Source of the DNA: a bacterium
GTDB taxonomy: Bacteria > SAR324 > NAC60-12
Assembly (NCBI GenBank): GCA_965233585.1
Contig: CBDDTI010000747.1
Location: forward strand, 32,001-96,000
DNA length: 64,000 bases
Reading direction: 5' to 3'
Shown: piece by piece, positions 55,169 through 64,000 of the stretch
Numbering within the stretch: position 1 is the stretch's first letter
How the letters are laid out: the number at the start of each line of letters is the position of its first letter
Position numbers and translations under genes: made by a program
Notes under the pieces: model-generated
The model's input: only the letters and a program-made list of their open reading frames with translations
Databases searched by the model: none
Told to the model about the DNA's origin: nothing

Positions 55169-56361
55169 AAATTTATCGTCTGTTTAAAAATATTTTTTTG
55201 TCATTGATTTTTTGGATATTGCTGACTGGGCAGTTGTCTAACCCCATTGATGATTCTAATGTCGTAGATGGTCAGTCTCAAGATGTCAGTAACTTTTTTC
55301 AATCTTTCAAATCTACTTCTCAGCAAAAGACTCCTACATGGGTTTATATTGTGAGTGTAGTGGCTATTGTTGGTGGAATTTCAGGCATCATTGCATTCCA
55401 GGCTTACACGAAACGTATGAATAAGCTGAGAATGCAAAGAGCAACTGATGAAAAGGCTGCTGTGCATTTTGAAATGTTTTTGAAGAATAAAAAACTTTCT
55501 GATGCTGATACCAAGCTATTAGAACAGATTGCTGGATCTAAAAATCCATCAGATTTATACCTTTTAAGCCAAGAACCAGAAAAATTTGAAGAGAGAGTTG
55601 CACAACTGAAAGAAAACCCCCAAGTTTCCATAGACGCCAAAAAACTTTATAAGTTAAGGCATCGTTTAGGATTTTACTTTTTAAATACTAATGTTCCATT
55701 TGTAGCGACTCAAATGCTGACACCGGGTTTAAAACTGGAATGCCAAATTCCTCATAATGAAAAAAAGATATTGTTTGTTTCTCCCATTTTACGTGTGACA
55801 GAAAATGAAATTATGTTGAGACCTCCAACTATTAAAAAGAAACCTGTGAACTTAAAAAGGTTTCCCCACCTCACCTGCCGTATCAGACGTCAAAACATAG
55901 ACTATGAATTTAATTTATCTATTCTCAATCAAATCAGTGAAAAAAATCATGTCGTTGTAGTAGAACATAACAACATCATCAAAAAACTTTTTGTTCGTAA
56001 TTATGAAAGAGTAGAGTTGAATCTTGTCTCTCAAATTGAATATGTTACATCTGAATACTATGAATCAGTCAAAGGGCAGCTAAACCATCTTGTCGGGTTA
56101 GACTTTTTTGAAGGCACGATTATAGATTTAAGTCTTGGAGGTGTCAAAATAGAAGCATTAGAGATACCTAAGGAGCTTCAGCAAGGTCATATTTTACTTT
56201 TCCATTTAGATGAAGCAAAAATCAGGCAGAAACTCCCTGCAAAACTTTTGAGAATCCATGAACTAGAACAAGGGGTTTCATTACATCTTTCCTTTGTGCA
56301 GATAAGAGAATTGGAACGTATGAAATTAAGAAAATTTGTTTTAAAGCTCCAAGAAACATAA
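55165..56361 (+). CDS. Membrane-anchored YcgR-like/PilZ domain c-di-GMP effector
   Basis: N-terminal hydrophobic segments; RNYER (RxxxR) and DLSLGG (DxSxxG) motifs. Confidence 0.75.
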   Translation: MKIYRLFKNIFLSLIFWILLTGQLSNPIDDSNVVDGQSQDVSNFFQSFKSTSQQKTPTWVYIVSVVAIVGGISGIIAFQAYTKRMNKLRMQRATDEKAAVHFEMFLKNKKLSDADTKLLEQIAGSKNPSDLYLLSQEPEKFEERVAQLKENPQVSIDAKKLYKLRHRLGFYFLNTNVPFVATQMLTPGLKLECQIPHNEKKILFVSPILRVTENEIMLRPPTIKKKPVNLKRFPHLTCRIRRQNIDYEFNLSILNQISEKNHVVVVEHNNIIKKLFVRNYERVELNLVSQIEYVTSEYYESVKGQLNHLVGLDFFEGTIIDLSLGGVKIEALEIPKELQQGHILLFHLDEAKIRQKLPAKLLRIHELEQGVSLHLSFVQIRELERMKLRKFVLKLQET

Positions 56362-56376
56362 AAATTATATTGTCTT

Positions 56377-58401
56377 TTGAGTATTTCTTTCATCAGTAAA
56401 CTACTGCTTTTCTATTTCTCTCTTTTTGTAATATCTTCATCGCTTAATCAATATCTAGCCAAAAGATATTCCTTTCAGCTCAAATACCTTCCTAAAGTTT
56501 CTTGGGGATTTTCTGTTTATTTTCTCATTTATATTGTCTCTTTCCAATTAGAATTTTTTATCTGGCAGGTTCATTTAGCATTGACGATAGTCATATTGTT
56601 ATCTATTTGTATTTTTGTCGGTACGTACATGATTTATGGGACTCTTTCTAAATGGCAGTTTCTAGTTCATCTGGTTTTATCCCAAAAAATATTACTGGCT
56701 GCAGGTTTCACTTTAGCAGTAGTGATGGTGATTCAAGGAGTCTACTTAGAGTTTCCTTCTGATCCTGTTCATCATTTACTATTCACACAAGATTGGTCCA
56801 CAGCATTACAATTTGGACAAGAAAGTGTGTATGACAATCTTAAAAAAACAAGCTTTACTTATTTTATCAATAACTGGTTGTTACAAAATAGTGGTCTTGC
56901 AGAAGGAAGTTATAGCGGATTGAATTTGTTGACTGGATTATTAACAGGTCTCTTTTTTTTTCAAATTTTAAAATTTATTTCTCTTTGGATTTCATCTAAA
57001 TCTCTCATTTTACTAGGAGGATTGTCATCATTCTTATTATTTGGCGTGTCAGATTTTAGCTTTTACAAGTATTATACTCTCGCACCTGTTTTTTATACCT
57101 ACTTAATTTTTTTAGAAACTTTAGTATTACTCATCATCTCTATTTTAAAAAATCAATATAAATACCTTGCTTTAACTCCTTTACTCATTTATTTCACGTG
57201 GCAGAATCATAAACAAGAGACGTTATTTATTCTAGTTGCTACTTCTGCATTGATCGCAGTACAAACATTACTTTTCAAAAAAAGAACATCTTATTCTTTT
57301 TATTATTTCAATGCTTCCTTATTTGCTATTGGTGTTTTGATCTTAATGGCACTTCTTCTTCACAACAAAAATACAATTTTTGCTGAAGGTGAACAAGTTT
57401 TGTTCCATTATTTTTCAATAGGGGGCTATATTTTTGAGTGGTTTAAACCAGCCATTAGTTATGACGTTTTAGGAGTTTTAGGAATCACACTATCAATATT
57501 TGCATTTCTATTAATCTTTAAAAAAGAGATACCAAGAAAGTATTTGCTTCTCTTTGGATTGTGTATCACCCCTTTTTTGATTTTGTACTCTGCTTTGTCA
57601 ATAGAGGTTCTGAAAATTCCCATTCCTAATCCTTTCAATTACTACCGTCTTTTTTATGGGGTGCCATATTGGATCATTCTTCCAATATTGAGTATGTTTG
57701 TCTTCTTGATTTTTCAAAAATATGGAATTTTTAGAAAACAATATTTGGTCAGAAAATATTTTATATTTCTTTGTTTCGTGATGCTTTTGTTACCTGTGGT
57801 GATACCTAACAGCAAAGCATTGGGAAGATTGAGGCATTTATTTCTACCATCTCCGCAAGCAGATGGTAGAGAACTAGCCCGAGTCATTCAATATCTGAAT
57901 CAAAACGCAGGTCAAGAATGCACTGACCCTTTCTATGTCAACTCATCTAATGCGAAAAAAAATACAAACCGGAATTTAAGAAGTTACATCATTACTGAAC
58001 CTTATATTGGTCAAGCCTTATCATTTACAGGTTACTTTTACCCTTTGATGACTCGCGAAAATGAAAGTTATTATTTTTTAAATAATGTAGAACCTTCACA
58101 GTTAAAAACCCGTGTTGGTACAACAAACTGGAAGTGGTTAATGGAGACTAACCCATCTGACAGGAATGTCTCACAGTTTGTCTCTCTTCTTAAAAACATA
58201 GAAGCATGTTACCTTGTAGTTTCCACACAGACAGAGTTTCCCACCAGCGTTTTAGGCAAAACAACCCGTCATTGGAACGCAGAGATAAGAAAAGACAGCT
58301 CATATTTTTCTCTCAAGTGGCTTCAATGGATTCGTTTAGCTCCTGATTCTTTTCTTTTAGTCTTTGATGACTCCCCTTTTCAAGTTTACCAAATCAAATA
58401 G
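56377..58401 (+). CDS. Hypothetical polytopic membrane protein (possibly GT-C-like)
   Basis: More than 10 hydrophobic segments, loop motif EFPSDPVHHL, soluble C-terminal domain; visibly AT-rich; start codon uncertain. Confidence 0.6.
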   Translation: MSISFISKLLLFYFSLFVISSSLNQYLAKRYSFQLKYLPKVSWGFSVYFLIYIVSFQLEFFIWQVHLALTIVILLSICIFVGTYMIYGTLSKWQFLVHLVLSQKILLAAGFTLAVVMVIQGVYLEFPSDPVHHLLFTQDWSTALQFGQESVYDNLKKTSFTYFINNWLLQNSGLAEGSYSGLNLLTGLLTGLFFFQILKFISLWISSKSLILLGGLSSFLLFGVSDFSFYKYYTLAPVFYTYLIFLETLVLLIISILKNQYKYLALTPLLIYFTWQNHKQETLFILVATSALIAVQTLLFKKRTSYSFYYFNASLFAIGVLILMALLLHNKNTIFAEGEQVLFHYFSIGGYIFEWFKPAISYDVLGVLGITLSIFAFLLIFKKEIPRKYLLLFGLCITPFLILYSALSIEVLKIPIPNPFNYYRLFYGVPYWIILPILSMFVFLIFQKYGIFRKQYLVRKYFIFLCFVMLLLPVVIPNSKALGRLRHLFLPSPQADGRELARVIQYLNQNAGQECTDPFYVNSSNAKKNTNRNLRSYIITEPYIGQALSFTGYFYPLMTRENESYYFLNNVEPSQLKTRVGTTNWKWLMETNPSDRNVSQFVSLLKNIEACYLVVSTQTEFPTSVLGKTTRHWNAEIRKDSSYFSLKWLQWIRLAPDSFLLVFDDSPFQVYQIK

Positions 58402-58404
58402 TCC

Positions 58405-60162
58405 ATGCAATTCCCTCAAGATTTTGTCAACAAAAAAGATGTATGGTTCCCCAAGGATACAGATGACTCTATTTCATACTCTGACGGGACTGAATCAGAA
58501 AATTACCTTGAGCAGGTGTTCTTATCTTCTAGGGACAAAAGTTATTATTCACAAGAAATCGCAACAGCAATCAGAGACTGGCCTTCTAAATATCACTTGG
58601 ACGTCCGCAGGGCAAACCTTCTCAAACCTCTCAATTTGCAACCGCATCAATCCATTTTAGAACTTGGTGCAGGTTGTGGAGCAATTACTGCCTATTTGGG
58701 AGAACAAGGAAATAATGTTTTTGCAGTGGAAGGAGGAGTGAGGCGTGCAAAAATCAATGCTCTGCGGTGTCAAAACTTTGCAAATGTCAAAGTCATTTGT
58801 GCTAATTTTCAAGGTTTACAGTTTGATCAAAAGTTTGATGTTGTGACGCTTATTGGTGTTTTGGAATATAGCGGCGTTTACCTTGACAGCGCTAAACCAC
58901 ATCTTGAGGCATTGCAACTGGCAAAATCACATCTTAAACCTGATGGAATTTTAATTTTAGCCATTGAAAATAGGTTAGGCTTGAAGTATTTCGCTGGTGC
59001 TTTGGAAGATCACACCGGTCTTTTTGCAGATGGTCTTGAAGGCTATACCAGCGGTACAAAAATTTGTACCTTCGGAAGAAAAGAGTTAACAAAGCTTGTC
59101 AATGACGCAGGCTTTCAGCATCTTAAATTTTTATATCCTTTTCCTGATTACAAACTCCCCCACGTCATTCTGAACCTTGCTGAAGCCAATCATCAACAAA
59201 GCCCTCCGTCGCTTTATCAACAACTTCATTTAGAAGCTAATAACTCCAACGGACAATATCCTCATCATGTTTTCCAAGAATACCTTGTTTCAAAAGAACT
59301 GGAAAAAAATGGACTACTTGCAGATTTCTCAAATTCATTTTTGGTGATAGCAAGTCCATCTTGTCAGTTGGATACCTTTGAAAATCAAGGAATCCTTGCA
59401 TGGCGATATAACACGAATCGTGCAAAAAAGTTTGCAACAGCAATGCAAATCCAACAAGATGACTTAGGAAACAAAAGCATCACTAGACAACATGTTTTTT
59501 TAGATGAATCTATGCAGAACAGACAAACAACTTACTCCCAAAAATTGACTAAGTCAGATGCTTGGTATGAGGGGAAGTTGCTTTCAGAAGAATTACTATT
59601 TGCTATCAAAAGTGATTCATCAGGAAAAAAATTGACTGGATTACTGCAAGAATGGCTTGATTTTCTTAATCAAGTAAAATTGCAAAGAGAGCAACTTGAA
59701 TGTGTCCCTCCAAATTATTTTGATTGTAATCCCAATCATTTAATGAGAAGGAATGACGGCAGTTTACATTATTTTGATGATGAGTGGGTTGCCCCTAATC
59801 CAATAAATATCAAATTTGTCGTCTTTCGTGGTTTGATGCACTTACACCCCGCGTACGCCACTTGGGTCAATGCCTATTGGAAAGCATTGATTCCAAACCC
59901 CTCTGCAAAGTGTTTTATTTCTTGGGTTTTTGCACAGCTTGCTTTGTCATTATCAGATGCAGAAGTTGACACTTTTTTACAGCAGGAAGCTGACTTTCAA
60001 CAGGAAATCATGCTTGCATCACCTGAAACTTATGAAACTTTGAGGCAACATATCTTTTTTAAAAAACATGACAAACCCACTGTTGAAAAAGACTTACTGC
60101 CAGAAACATCACACGAGAAAAGCCTGCTACAAAAAATCAGAGAAAAATTGAAACTTTTCTAG
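58405..60162 (+). CDS. Class I SAM methyltransferase with kinase-like C-terminal region (surface-glycan associated type)
   Basis: YHL..RRANLL, LELGAGCGAIT, LIGVLEY, AIENRLGLKYFAG..EDH, YPFPDYKLP; D..P.H......YFDDEW. Confidence 0.8.
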   Translation: MQFPQDFVNKKDVWFPKDTDDSISYSDGTESENYLEQVFLSSRDKSYYSQEIATAIRDWPSKYHLDVRRANLLKPLNLQPHQSILELGAGCGAITAYLGEQGNNVFAVEGGVRRAKINALRCQNFANVKVICANFQGLQFDQKFDVVTLIGVLEYSGVYLDSAKPHLEALQLAKSHLKPDGILILAIENRLGLKYFAGALEDHTGLFADGLEGYTSGTKICTFGRKELTKLVNDAGFQHLKFLYPFPDYKLPHVILNLAEANHQQSPPSLYQQLHLEANNSNGQYPHHVFQEYLVSKELEKNGLLADFSNSFLVIASPSCQLDTFENQGILAWRYNTNRAKKFATAMQIQQDDLGNKSITRQHVFLDESMQNRQTTYSQKLTKSDAWYEGKLLSEELLFAIKSDSSGKKLTGLLQEWLDFLNQVKLQREQLECVPPNYFDCNPNHLMRRNDGSLHYFDDEWVAPNPINIKFVVFRGLMHLHPAYATWVNAYWKALIPNPSAKCFISWVFAQLALSLSDAEVDTFLQQEADFQQEIMLASPETYETLRQHIFFKKHDKPTVEKDLLPETSHEKSLLQKIREKLKLF

Positions 60163-60219
60163 TCACCATCAACGAATACACTTTTTATCTAGCTAAATTT
60201 AGCTCTGAATGGCACACTC

Positions 60220-63200
60220 TCAAAAGCAAGTTTGGTTGTAAATCTTTTGTAATGGAAGGTGTTTGATTTCTATATTTTTAATTTTTTGAAGTGAGGAGAC
60301 AAAACTCTTTGCCCCTTCCATTGTGGTAAAGTAAGGCAAGTTGTAAAAAAGAGCCAGCCTTCTCAAATGGTTGCTTTCTATCCTTCGCCTACGAGATTCT
60401 GTGGTATTAATCACGAAAGCCACTTCATCTTTCTTGATATAGTCTTCAATATCATTGTCCTCCATTAAACATGTAGTCACATCAATCCCTTCATTTTTCA
60501 AGGTATTTGATGTCCCTTTCGTGGCTAAAATTTTATATCCCAATTCCCCAAGAACTGTTCCGAGTTCTAAAACTTTTGCTTTGTCTTGGTCTAAAACGGC
60601 AATGAAAGCATAGCCTCGTTTCGCAATATCATGGTACACCGCTAGTTGTGATTTGTAATAGGCTTGTGCAAAGTTGTTTCCAAGACCCATCACCTCACCT
60701 GTAGATAGCATTTCTGGTCCCAAAGTAGTGTCAGAACCTTCAAATTTGGTAAAGGGGAAGACGGTCTCTTTGACAGCATAATGCGGTAAGTTACTCCATT
60801 GATACCCAACCTGCTCCAAAGTTTCACCAAGCATCAGACGTGTTGCATATTTGATAAATGACACACCACGTGCCTTGCTGATAAATGGTGCTGTTCGCGA
60901 TGCGCGCGGGTTGACTTCTATCACATAAACTTCATGACCTCTGACTGCAAATTGCAGATTCATCAAGCCGATAACATGTAACTCCTTCGCTAAATCGCAG
61001 CTTTGTTGACGAATTTTCTCTTGCAGTTCACCAGATAAACTGTAAGGAGGCACGACGCAAGCACTATCTCCAGAATGAACCCCTGCTAACTCTATATGTT
61101 CCATCACTCCACAAACCGTCGCCTTCTCTCCATCACAAATGACATCAACATCAACTTCAGTGGCATCATTTAAAAACTTATCAATGAGGACAGGGGCTTC
61201 TTCAGAAACTTCAATCTCACTTGCAAAATATTGGCTGAGTTCCTCTATGTTTTGAATGATTGCCATAGCACGCCCACCCAAAACATAAGAAGGACGAACT
61301 AACACAGGAAAACCGATTTTCTCTACAATTTCTTTGGCTGATTCTTCAGAGTGAGCCATGCCATTTGCGGGCTGGTAAAATCCTAATTGATTGAGAAGCT
61401 CAACAAATCTCTGCCTATCCTCACAACGATCCACGCTGTCAAATGAGGTTCCTAAAATGGGAACACCAGCATTTGACAACTGTTTTGCAAGTTTCAGTGG
61501 AGTTTGTCCGCCTAGCTGGATGATGATTCCATCAGGATTTTCCAACTCTATGATGTGCATGACATCTTCAAATGTAATGGGTTCAAAATAGAGGCGATTT
61601 GACACATCATAATCTGTGCTGACAGTTTCAGGGTTGCAGTTCACCATGATGGCTTCATAGCCTTTTTCCTGCAACGCCATTGAGGCATGAACGCAACAAT
61701 AATCAAATTCAATACCTTGACCTATTCGGTTTGGTCCACTGCCAAGAATGACAACTTTTTTGTGTTTTGATGGAATAGATTCATTTTCTTGTGCATAAGT
61801 AGAATAGAAGTAAGATGTTTCAGAAGGGAACTCTGCCGCACAAGTGTCCACTTGTTTAAAGACAGGCAACACTTTCAACTGATTCCGCTTTTCCCTCACT
61901 TGAGCTTCAGAACAGTCTAATAATTGGGAAAGTCTGCAGTCTGAAAACCCTGACTTTTTCCATGATGCTATTTGGCTTTTTGCCACTGATGATAAAGAAG
62001 TGTTGCGAATTTCATCTTCCATTTCCAAGATCATTCCAATCTGCCTGATGAACCAGGGGTCAATTTTTGACCACTCGTAAACAGCACTTTCTTTCCAGCC
62101 ACGTCTTAGCGCATCAGCAAGATACCATAGCCTGTCACAAGTGGGTCGTGTCAGCTTTGCACGAATGACCTCCTCCATGTCATCTTGGTTGAAGTAATCA
62201 GGTTCTTCAAAACCTGCTGACCCAACTTCTAGCGACCTCAATGCTTTTTGCAATGCCTCACGAAAATTTCCGCCAATAGCCATCACTTCTCCAACGGATT
62301 TCATTTGTGTTGTTAGCTCTGGGTTGGAGTGTGGAAATTTTTCAAAGGCAAAGCGTGGAATTTTGACAACCACATAATCAAGAGTTGGTTCAAAACAAGC
62401 AGGTGTTTGCTTGGTAATATCATTTGGCAACTCGTCAAGCGTGTATCCAACAGCCAATTTTGCAGCAATTTTGGCAATAGGAAATCCGGTTGCCTTGGAG
62501 GCAAGAGCGGAACTCCTTGACACTCTGGGATTCATCTCAATCACAATAAATTCTCCCGTTTTGGGATTCACTGCAAATTGAATATTTGAGCCACCTGTTG
62601 CCACTCCGATTTCTCTGATAATGGCAATGGAGGCATCACGCAATGCTTGATATTCACCATCGGCTAAAGTTTGTGCGGGTGCTACCGTGATGCTGTCGCC
62701 AGTGTGTACTCCCATTGGGTCAAGGTTTTCTACTGAGCAAATAATGGCAACGTTATCACAAGAATCCCTTATGACCTCATACTCGTATTCTTTCCAACCT
62801 AAAACTGACTCTTCTAACAAAGCACTTTGAGAAGGCGACGCTTTGAGGGCGTGTTCAACAATTTTTTGTAGCTGGTCTCGGGTTTCAGCCACTCCTCCAC
62901 CTGTTCCTCCTAATGTAAAGGAGGGACGCACAATGATTGGTAAACCTATCAAATCCATTGCTTGTTCTGCTTCTTGCCATGAATGCACTAAACGGCTTTT
63001 AGCAACACGCAATCCAATTTTTGCCATGGAATCGTTAAACTTTTGCCTGTCTTCTGCCTTTTGAATGGACTGAATAGACGCCCCAATCAACTCAATCTTG
63101 TATTTAGCAAGAATCCCTTTGGCATCAAGTTGCATGGCTAAGTTCAGTGCGGTTTGTCCACCCATTGTTGGGAGAATAGCATCAGGTTTTTCTTGCTGAA

Positions 63201-63432
63201 TGATTTTTTCCAGACTTTCAACAGTCATTGGCTCAATATATGTCGCATCAACAAGGTCTGGGTCTGTCATAATCGTTGCTGGATTACTATTGAGCAACAC
63301 AATGCGGTATCCTTCTTCTTTCAACGCTTTACATGCTTGAGTTCCGCTGTAATCAAATTCACATGCTTGTCCGATGACAATCGGACCTGATCCAATCAAT
63401 AAAATAGTTTGTATGTCTGTTCGTTTAGGCAT
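60220..63432 (-). CDS. carB: Carbamoyl-phosphate synthase large subunit
   Basis: [65 protein letters not shown] domain. Confidence 0.98.
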   Translation of the reverse strand: MPKRTDIQTILLIGSGPIVIGQACEFDYSGTQACKALKEEGYRIVLLNSNPATIMTDPDLVDATYIEPMTVESLEKIIQQEKPDAILPTMGGQTALNLAMQLDAKGILAKYKIELIGASIQSIQKAEDRQKFNDSMAKIGLRVAKSRLVHSWQEAEQAMDLIGLPIIVRPSFTLGGTGGGVAETRDQLQKIVEHALKASPSQSALLEESVLGWKEYEYEVIRDSCDNVAIICSVENLDPMGVHTGDSITVAPAQTLADGEYQALRDASIAIIREIGVATGGSNIQFAVNPKTGEFIVIEMNPRVSRSSALASKATGFPIAKIAAKLAVGYTLDELPNDITKQTPACFEPTLDYVVVKIPRFAFEKFPHSNPELTTQMKSVGEVMAIGGNFREALQKALRSLEVGSAGFEEPDYFNQDDMEEVIRAKLTRPTCDRLWYLADALRRGWKESAVYEWSKIDPWFIRQIGMILEMEDEIRNTSLSSVAKSQIASWKKSGFSDCRLSQLLDCSEAQVREKRNQLKVLPVFKQVDTCAAEFPSETSYFYSTYAQENESIPSKHKKVVILGSGPNRIGQGIEFDYCCVHASMALQEKGYEAIMVNCNPETVSTDYDVSNRLYFEPITFEDVMHIIELENPDGIIIQLGGQTPLKLAKQLSNAGVPILGTSFDSVDRCEDRQRFVELLNQLGFYQPANGMAHSEESAKEIVEKIGFPVLVRPSYVLGGRAMAIIQNIEELSQYFASEIEVSEEAPVLIDKFLNDATEVDVDVICDGEKATVCGVMEHIELAGVHSGDSACVVPPYSLSGELQEKIRQQSCDLAKELHVIGLMNLQFAVRGHEVYVIEVNPRASRTAPFISKARGVSFIKYATRLMLGETLEQVGYQWSNLPHYAVKETVFPFTKFEGSDTTLGPEMLSTGEVMGLGNNFAQAYYKSQLAVYHDIAKRGYAFIAVLDQDKAKVLELGTVLGELGYKILATKGTSNTLKNEGIDVTTCLMEDNDIEDYIKKDEVAFVINTTESRRRRIESNHLRRLALFYNLPYFTTMEGAKSFVSSLQKIKNIEIKHLPLQKIYNQTCF

Positions 63433-63701
63433 AATGATTCAGTAAGTGATAAGGTAAGAACCTTGCTAGTATCAAGGAATTGATAAAACTTGGAAGATAT
63501 TTTAAATTTTGTGGAAGAGACGAAGAATCAATCATCTATGGGGCTATTTGGAGCAAGAGACCTGATACACCATCGCTGATTTTTGTTCTTTCAGAGAAGG
63601 AGATATTGTATCAAATGTATTGTGAATAGAGAAGAACACCCTGTATCTTTCTATCTGATGAGTTTGTCAGTGTTTAATTTCATACTTCAAAATCAACAAA
63701 C

Positions 63702-63977
63702 ATGAAAAGAATTGTCTTTGATAAAAGCATTCCCAAAGAATTGCTAGAATGTTCTTTGTGTAAAGGAGACTCCATGCTCATTTTTTCATCGGTGGAAGTG
63801 GGAGGCTATTTTTTATTGGAATGCAGGGAGTGTGGGGCATATTCCGAAGTGATGGACTCAGAGGTTTTAGAAAAACACTTGCACCAACCACCCAAAAAAA
63901 TTGGTGACGGTCAGGCACGTTGGGTTTCACAAATCTCTACAAAAATCAAAATGAAGCATAAACTGAAATTCAAATAA
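63702..63977 (+). CDS. Small hypothetical protein with CxxC...CxxC zinc ribbon
   Basis: CSLC and CREC pairs separated by 19 residues. Confidence 0.55.
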   Translation: MKRIVFDKSIPKELLECSLCKGDSMLIFSSVEVGGYFLLECRECGAYSEVMDSEVLEKHLHQPPKKIGDGQARWVSQISTKIKMKHKLKFK

Positions 63978-64000
63978 TATCAGTGATGATTGAATCTACT

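Noticed and set aside
89..63390. Numerous 60-150 aa ORFs antisense or out of frame within recognised genes (e.g. 89..454, 3717..4166, 8590..8973, 15091..15735)
   Set aside because: Shadow ORFs of well-supported genes, with no recognisable motifs
1..64000. CRISPR array, IS/transposase, integrase, prophage or rRNA genes
   Set aside because: No regularly spaced repeat-spacer array and no ORF or sequence with such motifs was seen; the 30574-30800 repeat has only two copies and contains promoter elements

Overview
AT-rich, compact bacterial chromosomal segment from a diderm (LpxD, PpiD, MurJ, SecDF). The gene set looks Deltaproteobacteria/SAR324-like, but that is inference only. It is mostly housekeeping: gyrA 3' end, pstCAB, tyrA, yajC-secDF, secA, larC, mdh, queH, lpxD, IHF, purM, M23-bactofilin, Fe3+ ABC transporter, recO (frameshifted), ppiD, murJ, rnhA, plsC and carB, plus one tRNA-Arg with the uncommon anticodon GCG. 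The most interesting block is a 7-kb minus-strand unit (23378-30800). It encodes a LolD/LolC-like ABC transporter, a LolA-like periplasmic protein, a probable outer-membrane barrel, three related helical TPR-like proteins (one a recent truncated duplicate), a membrane protein plus winged-helix regulator, and an SD-led 6-codon mini-ORF. It has a tandemly duplicated promoter/operator and its own terminator. Other notable items are a beta-propeller/TPR/TM/J-domain protein, a DUF4160-DUF2442 TA-like pair and scattered surface-modification genes. No CRISPR array, IS element, integrase, prophage or rRNA was seen. All family calls come from reading motifs by eye; no searches were run.
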